A stretch of DNA of 64,000 nucleotides from Paludibacter sp. (GTDB lineage Bacteria > Bacteroidota > Bacteroidia > Bacteroidales > Paludibacteraceae): positions 18,041 through 82,040 of the forward strand of contig JAVEXN010000010.1 of the NCBI GenBank assembly GCA_034004015.1, written 5' to 3'. How positions within the stretch are numbered: the first letter of the stretch is position 1; each line of letters begins with the position of its first letter. The notes beneath the pieces were generated by a model. That model saw nothing but the letters and a program-made list of their open reading frames with translations. It was not told where the DNA came from and did not search any database. A program made the translations under genes and the position numbers. Below are positions 49,706-58,319 of this stretch, piece by piece.

Positions 49706-49750
49706 GCAAAAATCCCCGTACAAGTGAATCAAGTCATTTGTGCGGGGATT
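49706..49750 (-). terminator. hairpin terminator after the TonB receptor gene
   Basis: aatccccg…cggggatt is a GC-rich stem with extension. It is flanked by an A-run (plus strand 49708-49712) and ctcttttg, so it is usable in both directions. Confidence 0.65.
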
Positions 49751-49771
49751 CTCTTTTGTGATTAAATGCTA

Positions 49772-52222
49772 TTACTCCATGCCGTCCATATTTACGTCCT
49801 GCGATTCCTGACGGCGTTCTGTACGTTTTGGTTTCATATTTCCAAAGTTGTAAGTGGCGGTAAGACCAATCATGCGACCATGAAAATACGAATTATTGAT
49901 TTGATAGAATCCGTTTCCATAAGTGATAGAATTGCGGTTGCGGCTGTTGAGCAGGTCGCGCACCATCAGGTTCAGACTCAGGTTGCGGTTGAGGAAGGTC
50001 TGACGCACGCCAAGATCGATGGAATAACTGGCTGTCTGGCGTCCCTGTGCTACAAGTCGTGGCGACGAATAATCGCCGGTGATTTGCGCTGAGGTGGTTT
50101 TGCCCAACATCAGGTTTGCCATCACACGTCCGCTCCAGCTGAACATTTCCTGAGCAGGAATGACAGTGGTAAGCGCCGGATTGTAAATGCTGGTAATGGA
50201 ATCTTCGGCCATGGTGCTGTAATAAAAATTGAGCGACGAGGTGAGATTCATAATTTTAAACAGACGGTTTTTAGCCACCAGTTCCAGACCAGTATTGTTC
50301 GATTTCGATACGTTCATCCATGTGTTTTCGAGCGTTCCGTTGTTTGCAAAACGTACATTTTGCATTACATCGTCGGTAAAACGGTAATAAGCCGATGCCG
50401 AAACGCTGTGATTATCCCACGATTTCAGATAGTTGAACTCGAAGGATGAGGTAAGTTCGGGCAATAAATCGGGATTACCAAACGAAATGCTGGTAGAGTC
50501 AGAGTAATCGCGGAAAGGATTTATTTCGCGACCGCGCGGACGGTTGATACGGCTTGTGTAGTTGAGCTGAAGTTCGTTGTTTTTGGGTAGTGTGTAGGCC
50601 AGATATGCGCTTGGGAAAAGCTGAACTACAGGTTTGTAATCGCTAACGCCATTTTGCAATGTATTGCCCAAATCATAATACTCGTTTTTCCATTCTTTTA
50701 TCTGGTATTCGCCACGCAAACCAGCCTGAAGGCTAAGGTTGCCAAAGCGGCTTCCGTAAGTCATATAGGCTGAATGAATCTGTTCGTAGTAGTCAAACTT
50801 ATTATAGTATGAATTAATGTCAGTTTTGCTGCTGTTGTTAATGGCCGATGCAGGGCTTTTGCGCACTTCATCTTTTGTTTGCCAACCGGCTTCGAGACGT
50901 GTGTTTTCACCGAATTTCTGTGTGTAGTCAATTTTGAATAACCACTGACTATTACCACTTTCCATTATTTGGGTAATGTCGGATGTTTTTGTGTCGGATA
51001 CATCTTTCTGAATGTAAGTGTTTTTTTCGTCGCGGGCATGCGACGAATACGAAAGGCTGGTCATAATGTTCGAACCGTTTTTGTCGATGTCGTATTTATG
51101 ATCAAGGGCTATGTTGTAGCTTGTGCGTCCACCATCACCCACATTTTCACGACTGTATTTACGAAGCAAATTCTGGTTGTTGTCGGTCAGCGAGTTGTTG
51201 ATATTTGTTTCGGAGTATCCACCTCCCAGCATGCCAAAACCCGATAAACTCAGGGTGTTTTTATCGTTCAGGCGATAGTCAATTCCTGCACGTGAAAACA
51301 TTCCATTGAATCCGCGATTTGTTTTGGTATCCTGATTCAGAATGGTGGTGTCGTTTGCTGAATAGTTTTCGCGCATCACATCGCCGCCTCCGTTGAAATT
51401 CATTGCGCGATAGCCTATGTTCAGATATGCATCAAATTTTCCGCTGCTGTAGTTTATGTTTGCGCCGAGTGTTCCGCCGGGAGCTGAACCCTGCGACCAC
51501 ATTCCTCCTGCCGATAGACTTCCGTAATATCCTGCTTTGCGGTTCTTTTTCAATACAATATTGATAATACCTGAAGTGCCCTCGGGATTAAAACGTGCCG
51601 AAGGATTGGTCATTACTTCAATGGATTCAATGCTCTCGGCAGGCATTTGTTGCAGAATTTGAGCGCGGTTGTCGGCAGTCAGTCCCGACGGTTTTCCGTT
51701 GATCCACACTTCCACGCTCGAACTGTTGCGAAGCGAAATATTTCCTTCCGTATCCACATCTACTGAAGGGATGTTTTGTAAAACTTCGCTGGCTGAGCCT
51801 CCGCCTGCAGCAATATTCTGGTCAACAGAGAAAACTTTTTTGTCGATGTCGAAACGCATTTGTGTGCCCTGACCCACCACTTCCACTTCTTTCAGCGCTT
51901 TGCTGTTCTCCTGAAGTTTTATAACGCCCATGTTCAGTTCGTTGTTGGTCACATTCAAAGGCAGTTCAATAGGGTTGTAGCCTATAAAGCTGATTTTTAA
52001 TGTGTACTTGCCGTTGGGGACATTGGGCAAAAGGAAATTGCCTTTTTCGTCGGAAACAACTCCTGCGGTTGGTGTTTCGCTGTTTGATTTAACGAGTGCT
52101 ATGTTTACAAAGTCGAGAGGGGTTTGCGTATTTGCATCTACTATTTTACCTCTGATGGTTTGCAGGGCAAAGGCCGAAACTGCAAATAATGCCAGCAGCA
52201 TTGTGCTGAGAATCTTTTTCAT
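49772..52222 (-). CDS. TonB-dependent receptor with an N-terminal carboxypeptidase-regulatory-like domain
   Basis: Signal peptide, then a CarbopepD_reg-like start (IRGKIVDANTQTPLDFVNIAL…), a plug, and a barrel ending …ATYNF-type strands. Confidence 0.88.
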   Translation of the reverse strand: MKKILSTMLLALFAVSAFALQTIRGKIVDANTQTPLDFVNIALVKSNSETPTAGVVSDEKGNFLLPNVPNGKYTLKISFIGYNPIELPLNVTNNELNMGVIKLQENSKALKEVEVVGQGTQMRFDIDKKVFSVDQNIAAGGGSASEVLQNIPSVDVDTEGNISLRNSSSVEVWINGKPSGLTADNRAQILQQMPAESIESIEVMTNPSARFNPEGTSGIINIVLKKNRKAGYYGSLSAGGMWSQGSAPGGTLGANINYSSGKFDAYLNIGYRAMNFNGGGDVMRENYSANDTTILNQDTKTNRGFNGMFSRAGIDYRLNDKNTLSLSGFGMLGGGYSETNINNSLTDNNQNLLRKYSRENVGDGGRTSYNIALDHKYDIDKNGSNIMTSLSYSSHARDEKNTYIQKDVSDTKTSDITQIMESGNSQWLFKIDYTQKFGENTRLEAGWQTKDEVRKSPASAINNSSKTDINSYYNKFDYYEQIHSAYMTYGSRFGNLSLQAGLRGEYQIKEWKNEYYDLGNTLQNGVSDYKPVVQLFPSAYLAYTLPKNNELQLNYTSRINRPRGREINPFRDYSDSTSISFGNPDLLPELTSSFEFNYLKSWDNHSVSASAYYRFTDDVMQNVRFANNGTLENTWMNVSKSNNTGLELVAKNRLFKIMNLTSSLNFYYSTMAEDSITSIYNPALTTVIPAQEMFSWSGRVMANLMLGKTTSAQITGDYSSPRLVAQGRQTASYSIDLGVRQTFLNRNLSLNLMVRDLLNSRNRNSITYGNGFYQINNSYFHGRMIGLTATYNFGNMKPKRTERRQESQDVNMDGME

Positions 52223-52406
52223 TAAACTTGATAAATTTAAAAATGTAACTTACAATCTTTTTTGTGTCGGAATTGGAATACCTTATCAACTTTTGATCCG
52301 GTTCACGAATTAGATAGACGAATCAGGTCTTGTTTCGTTTAAGCCCCGATTGTGAATTATGGTTAAGCAAATGTGTTTTTCGTGTTAAAGAAAATAAACC
52401 GGTGCA

Positions 52407-53030
52407 TTATTCCGAACGACGTGCGATCAGTAAAAATTGACTGTAGTCGGTCCAGGTGCCCGGAACACGTTCGCGGGTCAGTACATTATAATCTGTTGTA
52501 GAAAGTGTTTCGAATCCGTTTTTGCTGAAAATGGCCGATAACTCATCGGTGTCGAAACCTTTGTGGGGAATGGGTTCGAAATGATGAAATGAACCATCCT
52601 CGCTGCGAATATCGCCTATGGCCACAATGGCTCCGGGGCTGGTAATTTTATATAAATGTGCCAGTGTGCTGTGCAGGTCGGGGATATGATGAAAAGCCAT
52701 GCACGAAAACACAAAGTCGAAATTGCCATTTTCAATATCGGTAACCTCGCCATGCATTATCGTTGCTTTTTCGTTGCCTTTCAGTTTCGATTTGAGCACT
52801 TCGAGCATGGCTTCCGAAGTGTCTTCGAAGGTCACACTGTTTAGCAATGACAAAAACTGCAACCCGACAAGTCCTGTGCCTGCGCCTATTTCAAGAGCAT
52901 TCCAATGCTTTTCGGGTTTTATGGTGTTGAGTACTGCGGCCACAAACTTGTCGGTCATGTCAATTTTCGAAGGATTGTCCCAGCTTGCAGCCCTTTCTGC
53001 AAAATTGTCTTTTTTCGCGCTATGAGTCAT
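52407..53030 (-). CDS. class I SAM-dependent methyltransferase
   Basis: Motif I is LEIGAGTGLVG, 207 aa. Confidence 0.85.
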   Translation of the reverse strand: MTHSAKKDNFAERAASWDNPSKIDMTDKFVAAVLNTIKPEKHWNALEIGAGTGLVGLQFLSLLNSVTFEDTSEAMLEVLKSKLKGNEKATIMHGEVTDIENGNFDFVFSCMAFHHIPDLHSTLAHLYKITSPGAIVAIGDIRSEDGSFHHFEPIPHKGFDTDELSAIFSKNGFETLSTTDYNVLTRERVPGTWTDYSQFLLIARRSE

Positions 53031-53222
53031 TTTGTTGTTATATGGATGAATTTGTGTGAACGCGCCATCTTTGTTTAATTCTTTTGCAGATGTGCGTCAA
53101 CCGACAATAAACAGTTCAGCTCAAACATTTGTTTGAGAGCGCGGTTAAAATTATTGTCTTTTAAATTATAGGATGTGGATGTGCTGAAATTCTGATAATA
53201 AACTGGTTTCGTATGGTGTGGA

Positions 53223-53741
53223 TTATAATTCGAGCAGACCATCGGGGAGGTTTACTGTGATGATTTTTTTGTCGTGATCAATTTCGCTGATATAGTCTTC
53301 GCCCACAGGAATCAGCAGCTCATCATCGTCTTTAGGAATTACAAAAAGAGTATTTTCGGTAGTTTCGTCCACTTCCGAGATAACACCGATTTCGCCGGCA
53401 TTTACATCAATCAGCGTAAAACCTACAAAATAAGCGAGTTCAATTTCTTCGTTTTCTACTTTGTCGAGATATTTCTTCAGTACATAAATGGTCAGTCCGT
53501 TCAGTTCGCGGGCAGCTTCCTCGGAGCTTATGTCCTGAAATTTTATCAGGCCGGTGCTGTTTGTTTTAAAACGGTATTCATCAATGAAAAAGGGTACGGG
53601 AATACCTTCAATTTCCATAATCAGATATGGTATTTCTTCGGTGTCGAATACATCTGAACTAAATGTGAACGATAACTCACCGTTTACGCCGTGAGGTTTA
53701 TTTATTTGCCCTATAGGGAATATTTCGTCTAATGATATCAT
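53223..53741 (-). CDS. rimM: ribosome maturation factor RimM
   Basis: RimM N-terminal (…KPHGVNGEL…) plus a PRC-barrel-like C-terminus, 172 aa. Confidence 0.85.
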   Translation of the reverse strand: MISLDEIFPIGQINKPHGVNGELSFTFSSDVFDTEEIPYLIMEIEGIPVPFFIDEYRFKTNSTGLIKFQDISSEEAARELNGLTIYVLKKYLDKVENEEIELAYFVGFTLIDVNAGEIGVISEVDETTENTLFVIPKDDDELLIPVGEDYISEIDHDKKIITVNLPDGLLEL

Positions 53742-53799
53742 TTATTATTTATTCTGTGTTTATCTCCCTTCGGTCGATGACCGTTGGTTCGCGTATTGG

Positions 53800-53950
53800 G
53801 TTTCAGAGTTTGAATGTTTCAGAGTTTCAGGATGATTGGTTAATCAGTTGATTGGTTAAATGGTTTTATAGACGATACTATTAAATAGTAAATGGTAAAT
53901 GATAAAATAGTAAATTAATTGTCAATTCTTCATTCTCAACTGTCAAATTC
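53800..53950 (-). repeat. 'doubled-word' modular intergenic repeat, copy B
   Basis: Its reverse complement shows the same block order as 41927-42112. It has four 8-mer units at 53800-53831 (gtttcaga, gtttgaat, gtttcaga, gtttcagg on the plus strand). Confidence 0.8.
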
Positions 53951-53951
53951 T

Positions 53952-55352
53952 TTAAACTCCTTTTCCTTTAAATATAATTTCGAGTGTGAGCACCAGTATT
54001 TTGATGTCGTTCAGTAGCGACATGTTTTCCATATAAATAATGTCGTAGTTGAGTCGTTCAATCATTTTTTCGATGGTGTCGGAATATCCGATTTTAATAG
54101 GTCCCCAGGAAGTGAGTCCGGGACGGATTTTGTAAAGCAGACAATAATAAGGTGCTTCCTCAATAATCTGATTGATATAATATTTACGTTCGGGGCGTGG
54201 GCCTACAAGGCTCATTTCACCTACGAGAATGTTCCAGAATTGTGGTAGCTCATCAATACGGTATTTGCGCAGTGTGCGGCCAATTTTTGTGATACGTCCG
54301 TCGTCGGCGCTGCTGAGTTTTGGAGTTCCGTTTTCGGCGCCCTGATGCATTGTGCGGAACTTGATAATTTTAAATGGTTTGCCATGTCGGCCAATACGTT
54401 CCTGCTTGTAGAAAACAGGGCCTTTTGAATCGCGTTTTATGGCTATGGCAAAATATATAAACGTCGGAATAAGCAGTATCAGCGCAATGGCCGAAACCAC
54501 AATGTCCAAAAAACGTTTTACGCTGATTTCCCAATCGGACATATTGATTTGCGTAATGTTTACAAGCGGATTGATGCCCATTGCGCCTATGCGTGCACTG
54601 CCGGTAAGTATTTCGTACACACGTGGAGTGAATCGGATGTCGATATTGTAGCGGTACAAAGCGTTGATGTAGTTGAATAGCTTTTGTTCGTCGGCGTTGT
54701 CGAGCGAGATAATTGCCTCTTCAATTTCGTTTGCCTGAATAATATTTTCAAGTTGCGGCAGGTGTCCCAGTATTTTATCTTTGTCGACTGACAGAGTATT
54801 GTCCACAGCTACAAAGCCAATCACATGGTTTTTCTTTGAGTTTTTCTCAATTTCCTCAGCCATTTTTGCCGCTTTTTGTCCCGTGCCAATAATAATTGTA
54901 TTTATTTTCCAGCGTTTTGTGCGATAGTTGTTTCTGGTTTCTATCCATACAATGCTGCGTGCTGCATAGGTAATCAGAAATTGCAGTCCGAAAAGTACTA
55001 GCAGCGAATAATAATAATACTCGTAAGAAATCACGATGTCGTCGAGCATCAATGCGAAGAAGATAGAAATGGAAATGATGGCCGATGTAATAAGTGTGCT
55101 GAAGATGATTTTGCCCTGTGTCTTTTTTTCAGGTTGAAGGTAAAAGCCTGAAAGATAATGAATAAAAAGGCAGGTGAAAGGATAAATGACCAAACTGCTG
55201 AAGTAATTGAAATTGGGGACGAAGATATTTACATTGTCAAATACCTGTGCATCGTTTACCGTTTTTCGGAAAAACATAAACAATATCCATACAACCATGG
55301 CAGTGAGCATGTCGTATGTAAGATATTTGAATAGTAATTTCCTTTTGTTCAT
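53952..55352 (-). CDS. polyprenyl-phosphate sugar phosphotransferase (WbaP/exopolysaccharide initiating type)
   Basis: N-terminal TM block plus a C-terminal bacterial sugar transferase domain (…PVFYKQERIGRHGKPFKIIKFRTM…DELPQFWNILVGEMSLVGPRP…). Confidence 0.88.
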   Translation of the reverse strand: MNKRKLLFKYLTYDMLTAMVVWILFMFFRKTVNDAQVFDNVNIFVPNFNYFSSLVIYPFTCLFIHYLSGFYLQPEKKTQGKIIFSTLITSAIISISIFFALMLDDIVISYEYYYYSLLVLFGLQFLITYAARSIVWIETRNNYRTKRWKINTIIIGTGQKAAKMAEEIEKNSKKNHVIGFVAVDNTLSVDKDKILGHLPQLENIIQANEIEEAIISLDNADEQKLFNYINALYRYNIDIRFTPRVYEILTGSARIGAMGINPLVNITQINMSDWEISVKRFLDIVVSAIALILLIPTFIYFAIAIKRDSKGPVFYKQERIGRHGKPFKIIKFRTMHQGAENGTPKLSSADDGRITKIGRTLRKYRIDELPQFWNILVGEMSLVGPRPERKYYINQIIEEAPYYCLLYKIRPGLTSWGPIKIGYSDTIEKMIERLNYDIIYMENMSLLNDIKILVLTLEIIFKGKGV

Positions 55353-55358
55353 TGATCC

Positions 55359-55871
55359 TTATTTGTCGATAATACTGAAGCGATTTCGGCTGTCGATGCG
55401 TATTTTGCTTAATTTCGCTTTGGTTTTGCAACTGTATTCTGTGTGATACACTTCGCCGTTTATGTCGGAAAAAGCACATAAAAACAGTGGCTTGCGAATG
55501 CGGGTGCAAAGGTCAATGGCAAACTTGTCGGTTGCCATTCTGAAACCGGTTTCTGTTTGTTTTCCACTTATTGCATTCGCCAGATTTCGTATGTCGGACA
55601 GATAAATAATCAGAGGTTTTTCGCTCATTTCCATTAAGTCCCAGGCTGTGTCGGGCAATTCGTTCACGTAGGTGCCGAGCTTTCCGGGATGGTCGATCAG
55701 TACATGCGCATTAGCACCTGCCGATAGTTGCGCAACAGCTTCTTCGTTGCAGGCATCGCAGGCCAGCCATTTACCGCATTCGTCGCTGAAACTGACGATT
55801 TTTCCTTCGCGTAGCCTTACAATGGCTTCTGCCATATCTTCTTTTTGATATCTGGATTCTTCGGATTTCAT
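55359..55871 (-). CDS. YrdC/Sua5-like domain protein (divergent)
   Basis: 170 aa. The segment …GKIVSFSDECGKWLACDACNEEAVAQL… resembles the YrdC fold motif …PTDT.YGL.CDA.N..AV…. The assignment is tentative. Confidence 0.45.
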   Translation of the reverse strand: MKSEESRYQKEDMAEAIVRLREGKIVSFSDECGKWLACDACNEEAVAQLSAGANAHVLIDHPGKLGTYVNELPDTAWDLMEMSEKPLIIYLSDIRNLANAISGKQTETGFRMATDKFAIDLCTRIRKPLFLCAFSDINGEVYHTEYSCKTKAKLSKIRIDSRNRFSIIDK

Positions 55872-55982
55872 TTTCAGCAGGATGTGATATGACTTATTTA
55901 TAACGGCGCTGCAGTTTATTTATTTTGCAGGGCTGCCTGTTTTTTTTGTTTTTAATTTTCCTCTTTGTTTTTTTAGAACATG

Positions 55983-55990
55983 CAAAGATA
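55983..55990 (-). promoter_or_regulatory. -7 box TAtcTTTG
   Basis: The plus strand reads caaagata. It lies 112 nt upstream of the ATG at 55871. Confidence 0.35.
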
Positions 55991-56356
55991 GTCAGTAAAG
56001 CCGGTATTTCAAAAATATTACAAATAGTTGCAGCCCCTGTTTGATTGTGTGTTGCTGAGAAATATCCCTTTTTTGAGTACTAAACCGCATAGCCTTATTC
56101 GAAAAGTATTTGTCTGAATTAAAAAGTTTTTTTACTTTTACGTGTTCGAAAAAAACAGACTTAAAAAGCCTGTAAGGCGAGTTGAGTACAGTCCGTAATG
56201 AATTTGGAGAAGGATGATATGTGAAAAACGGTTTTGTACAATAAGTGTTTGATGAAATGTGTGGATGAGTTATTTTGAAAAAACAGAAAGCCTGTGTGTT
56301 GAAACAAGGAGATGACAGCTTTTATGTTTTTTATGGCAGGAAAAAAAGATTACATA

Positions 56357-58096
56357 ATGATAAATAGATGGGTTTACCGACAACTTTCAGAAAATGAGAT
56401 TGAAATACAAAACAAGTTAGCCGAAGAATTAAGTATCAGCCCTGTATTGGCACAATTGCTCGTACAACGCGATATTTTTACTTACGAGGATGCACGAAAA
56501 TTTTTTCGTCCCGACTTGTCTGATTTGCACGATCCCTTTCTGATGGCCGACATGGATAAGGCTGTAGAGCGACTCTCGGCTGCCATGCGCCGCAATGAGA
56601 AAATATTGATTTATGGCGATTACGATGTGGATGGAACTACTTCAGTATCGCTGGTGTACAAATTTCTCAAACAGTTTTACAGCAATGTGGGCTTTTACAT
56701 TCCCGACCGTTACAACGAAGGTTACGGTATTTCAATTCAGGGAATCGACTATGCTGCTGCCAACGATTTTAAACTTGTGATTGCGCTCGACTGCGGTATC
56801 AAAGCAGTTGAAAAAGTGAAATATGCCACCTCGCTCGGAGTGGATTTCGTGATTTGCGATCACCATACACCCGACGAAGTGCTGCCGCCCGCAGTGGCCG
56901 TGCTCGACCCCAAACGCGACGATTGCAATTATCCGTACAAACATCTTTCGGGCTGTGGCGTAGGGTTTAAGTTTATGCAGGCTTTTTCACAAATCAACAA
57001 TATTGATCTCAGTCAGCTCACGCCGCTGCTCGATTTGATGGCGTTGAGCATTGCTTCTGATATTGTGCCTATTACGGGTGAAAATCGTATCCTTGCTTTT
57101 TACGGACTAAAACAAATCAACAGTCACCCGAGCGTGGGACTTAAAAGTATACTTGATATTTGCGGACTTGGCGACAAAGAGATTACCATAAGCGATATTG
57201 TGTTTAAAATCGGACCACGCATCAATGCCTCAGGGCGTATGAAACTGGCTTCGGAAGCTGTGGAGCTGCTGGTGTCGAGTAATCCTGCTTTTGCGCGACA
57301 GAAAAGCGGAACAATCAACGAATATAACAACGACCGCAAGGATCTTGATAAAAATATCACTGATGAGGCTATTCAGCTGATTGCTTCCGATGTGCGCTAT
57401 GCCTCCCGACGTTCGATAGTGGTTCATAAACCCGACTGGCACAAAGGTGTGATCGGAATTGTGGCTTCGCGGCTTTCTGAAGAGTATTATAAACCATCGA
57501 TTGTACTGACAAACTCGAATGGTCTGGCTTCGGGTTCGGCACGCTCGGTGCCCGGCTTCGACATTTACAAGGCTATTGATTCGTGTCGCGATTTGCTCGA
57601 GAATTTTGGCGGGCACATGTATGCAGCCGGACTGTCGATGAAGGAAGAAAATATTCCGCAATTTACAGAGCGTTTCGAGAAGTTTGTTTATGAAAATATT
57701 CTGGAAGAACAAACATATCCGCAGATTGATATCGATGCTGTGCTTCAGTTTAAAGATATTACTCCCAAGTTTTTCCGCGTGCTGAAGCAGTTCGGTCCTT
57801 TTGGTCCGGGCAATATGAAACCGGTATTTGCATCTAAAAAGGTATTCGATTACGGCACAAGTCGTTTGGTGGGCAAGGAGCAGGAGCATTTGAAGCTTGA
57901 ACTGATCGATTCGAGTTGTGAAAATGTAATGAATGGCATTGCTTTTCGCATGTTCGAATACAACGATCATCTCAAAGCACTGAACCCTCTGGATATATGT
58001 TACACTATTGATGAAAATTATTTCAATGGAAATGTAACCATTCAGTTGATGATCAGAGATATAAAGATAGATGACGAGAAATTACCAACCGGCTGA
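56357..58096 (+). CDS. recJ: single-stranded-DNA-specific exonuclease RecJ
   Basis: DHH motifs (GDYDVDGTTS, …CDHHTP…) and a DHHA1 region. The start is uncertain: in-frame ATGs occur at 56312, 56324, 56333 and 56357. I chose 56357 because its upstream is A-rich. Confidence 0.88.
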   Translation: MINRWVYRQLSENEIEIQNKLAEELSISPVLAQLLVQRDIFTYEDARKFFRPDLSDLHDPFLMADMDKAVERLSAAMRRNEKILIYGDYDVDGTTSVSLVYKFLKQFYSNVGFYIPDRYNEGYGISIQGIDYAAANDFKLVIALDCGIKAVEKVKYATSLGVDFVICDHHTPDEVLPPAVAVLDPKRDDCNYPYKHLSGCGVGFKFMQAFSQINNIDLSQLTPLLDLMALSIASDIVPITGENRILAFYGLKQINSHPSVGLKSILDICGLGDKEITISDIVFKIGPRINASGRMKLASEAVELLVSSNPAFARQKSGTINEYNNDRKDLDKNITDEAIQLIASDVRYASRRSIVVHKPDWHKGVIGIVASRLSEEYYKPSIVLTNSNGLASGSARSVPGFDIYKAIDSCRDLLENFGGHMYAAGLSMKEENIPQFTERFEKFVYENILEEQTYPQIDIDAVLQFKDITPKFFRVLKQFGPFGPGNMKPVFASKKVFDYGTSRLVGKEQEHLKLELIDSSCENVMNGIAFRMFEYNDHLKALNPLDICYTIDENYFNGNVTIQLMIRDIKIDDEKLPTG

Positions 58097-58319
58097 CAAT
58101 GAGTAATGTCAATGTGTCGTCAGTGCCGGTTTTGAGAGCAGATACGGGCTTGAGTCTCAAATGCGGGAAATTGTAAATTCCTGTATTTTAATTACTTGTT
58201 TTTAAGCGATTAAGAAAATAAAGAAATGCTGCCTTCATGTGCGTATTTTTTTGTATATTCGTGCCCTCAAATCAAAAACAGAAATATAATCTAAAAAATA
58301 AAACTTTCATTTAAAAAAA

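Noticed and set aside
53031-53222. The hairpin ctcaaaca-tt-tgtttgag (about 53120-53137), considered as the rimM terminator.
   Set aside because: It is an 8-bp AT-rich stem with a 2-nt loop as written and no U-tract on the minus strand. That is not convincing as an intrinsic terminator.
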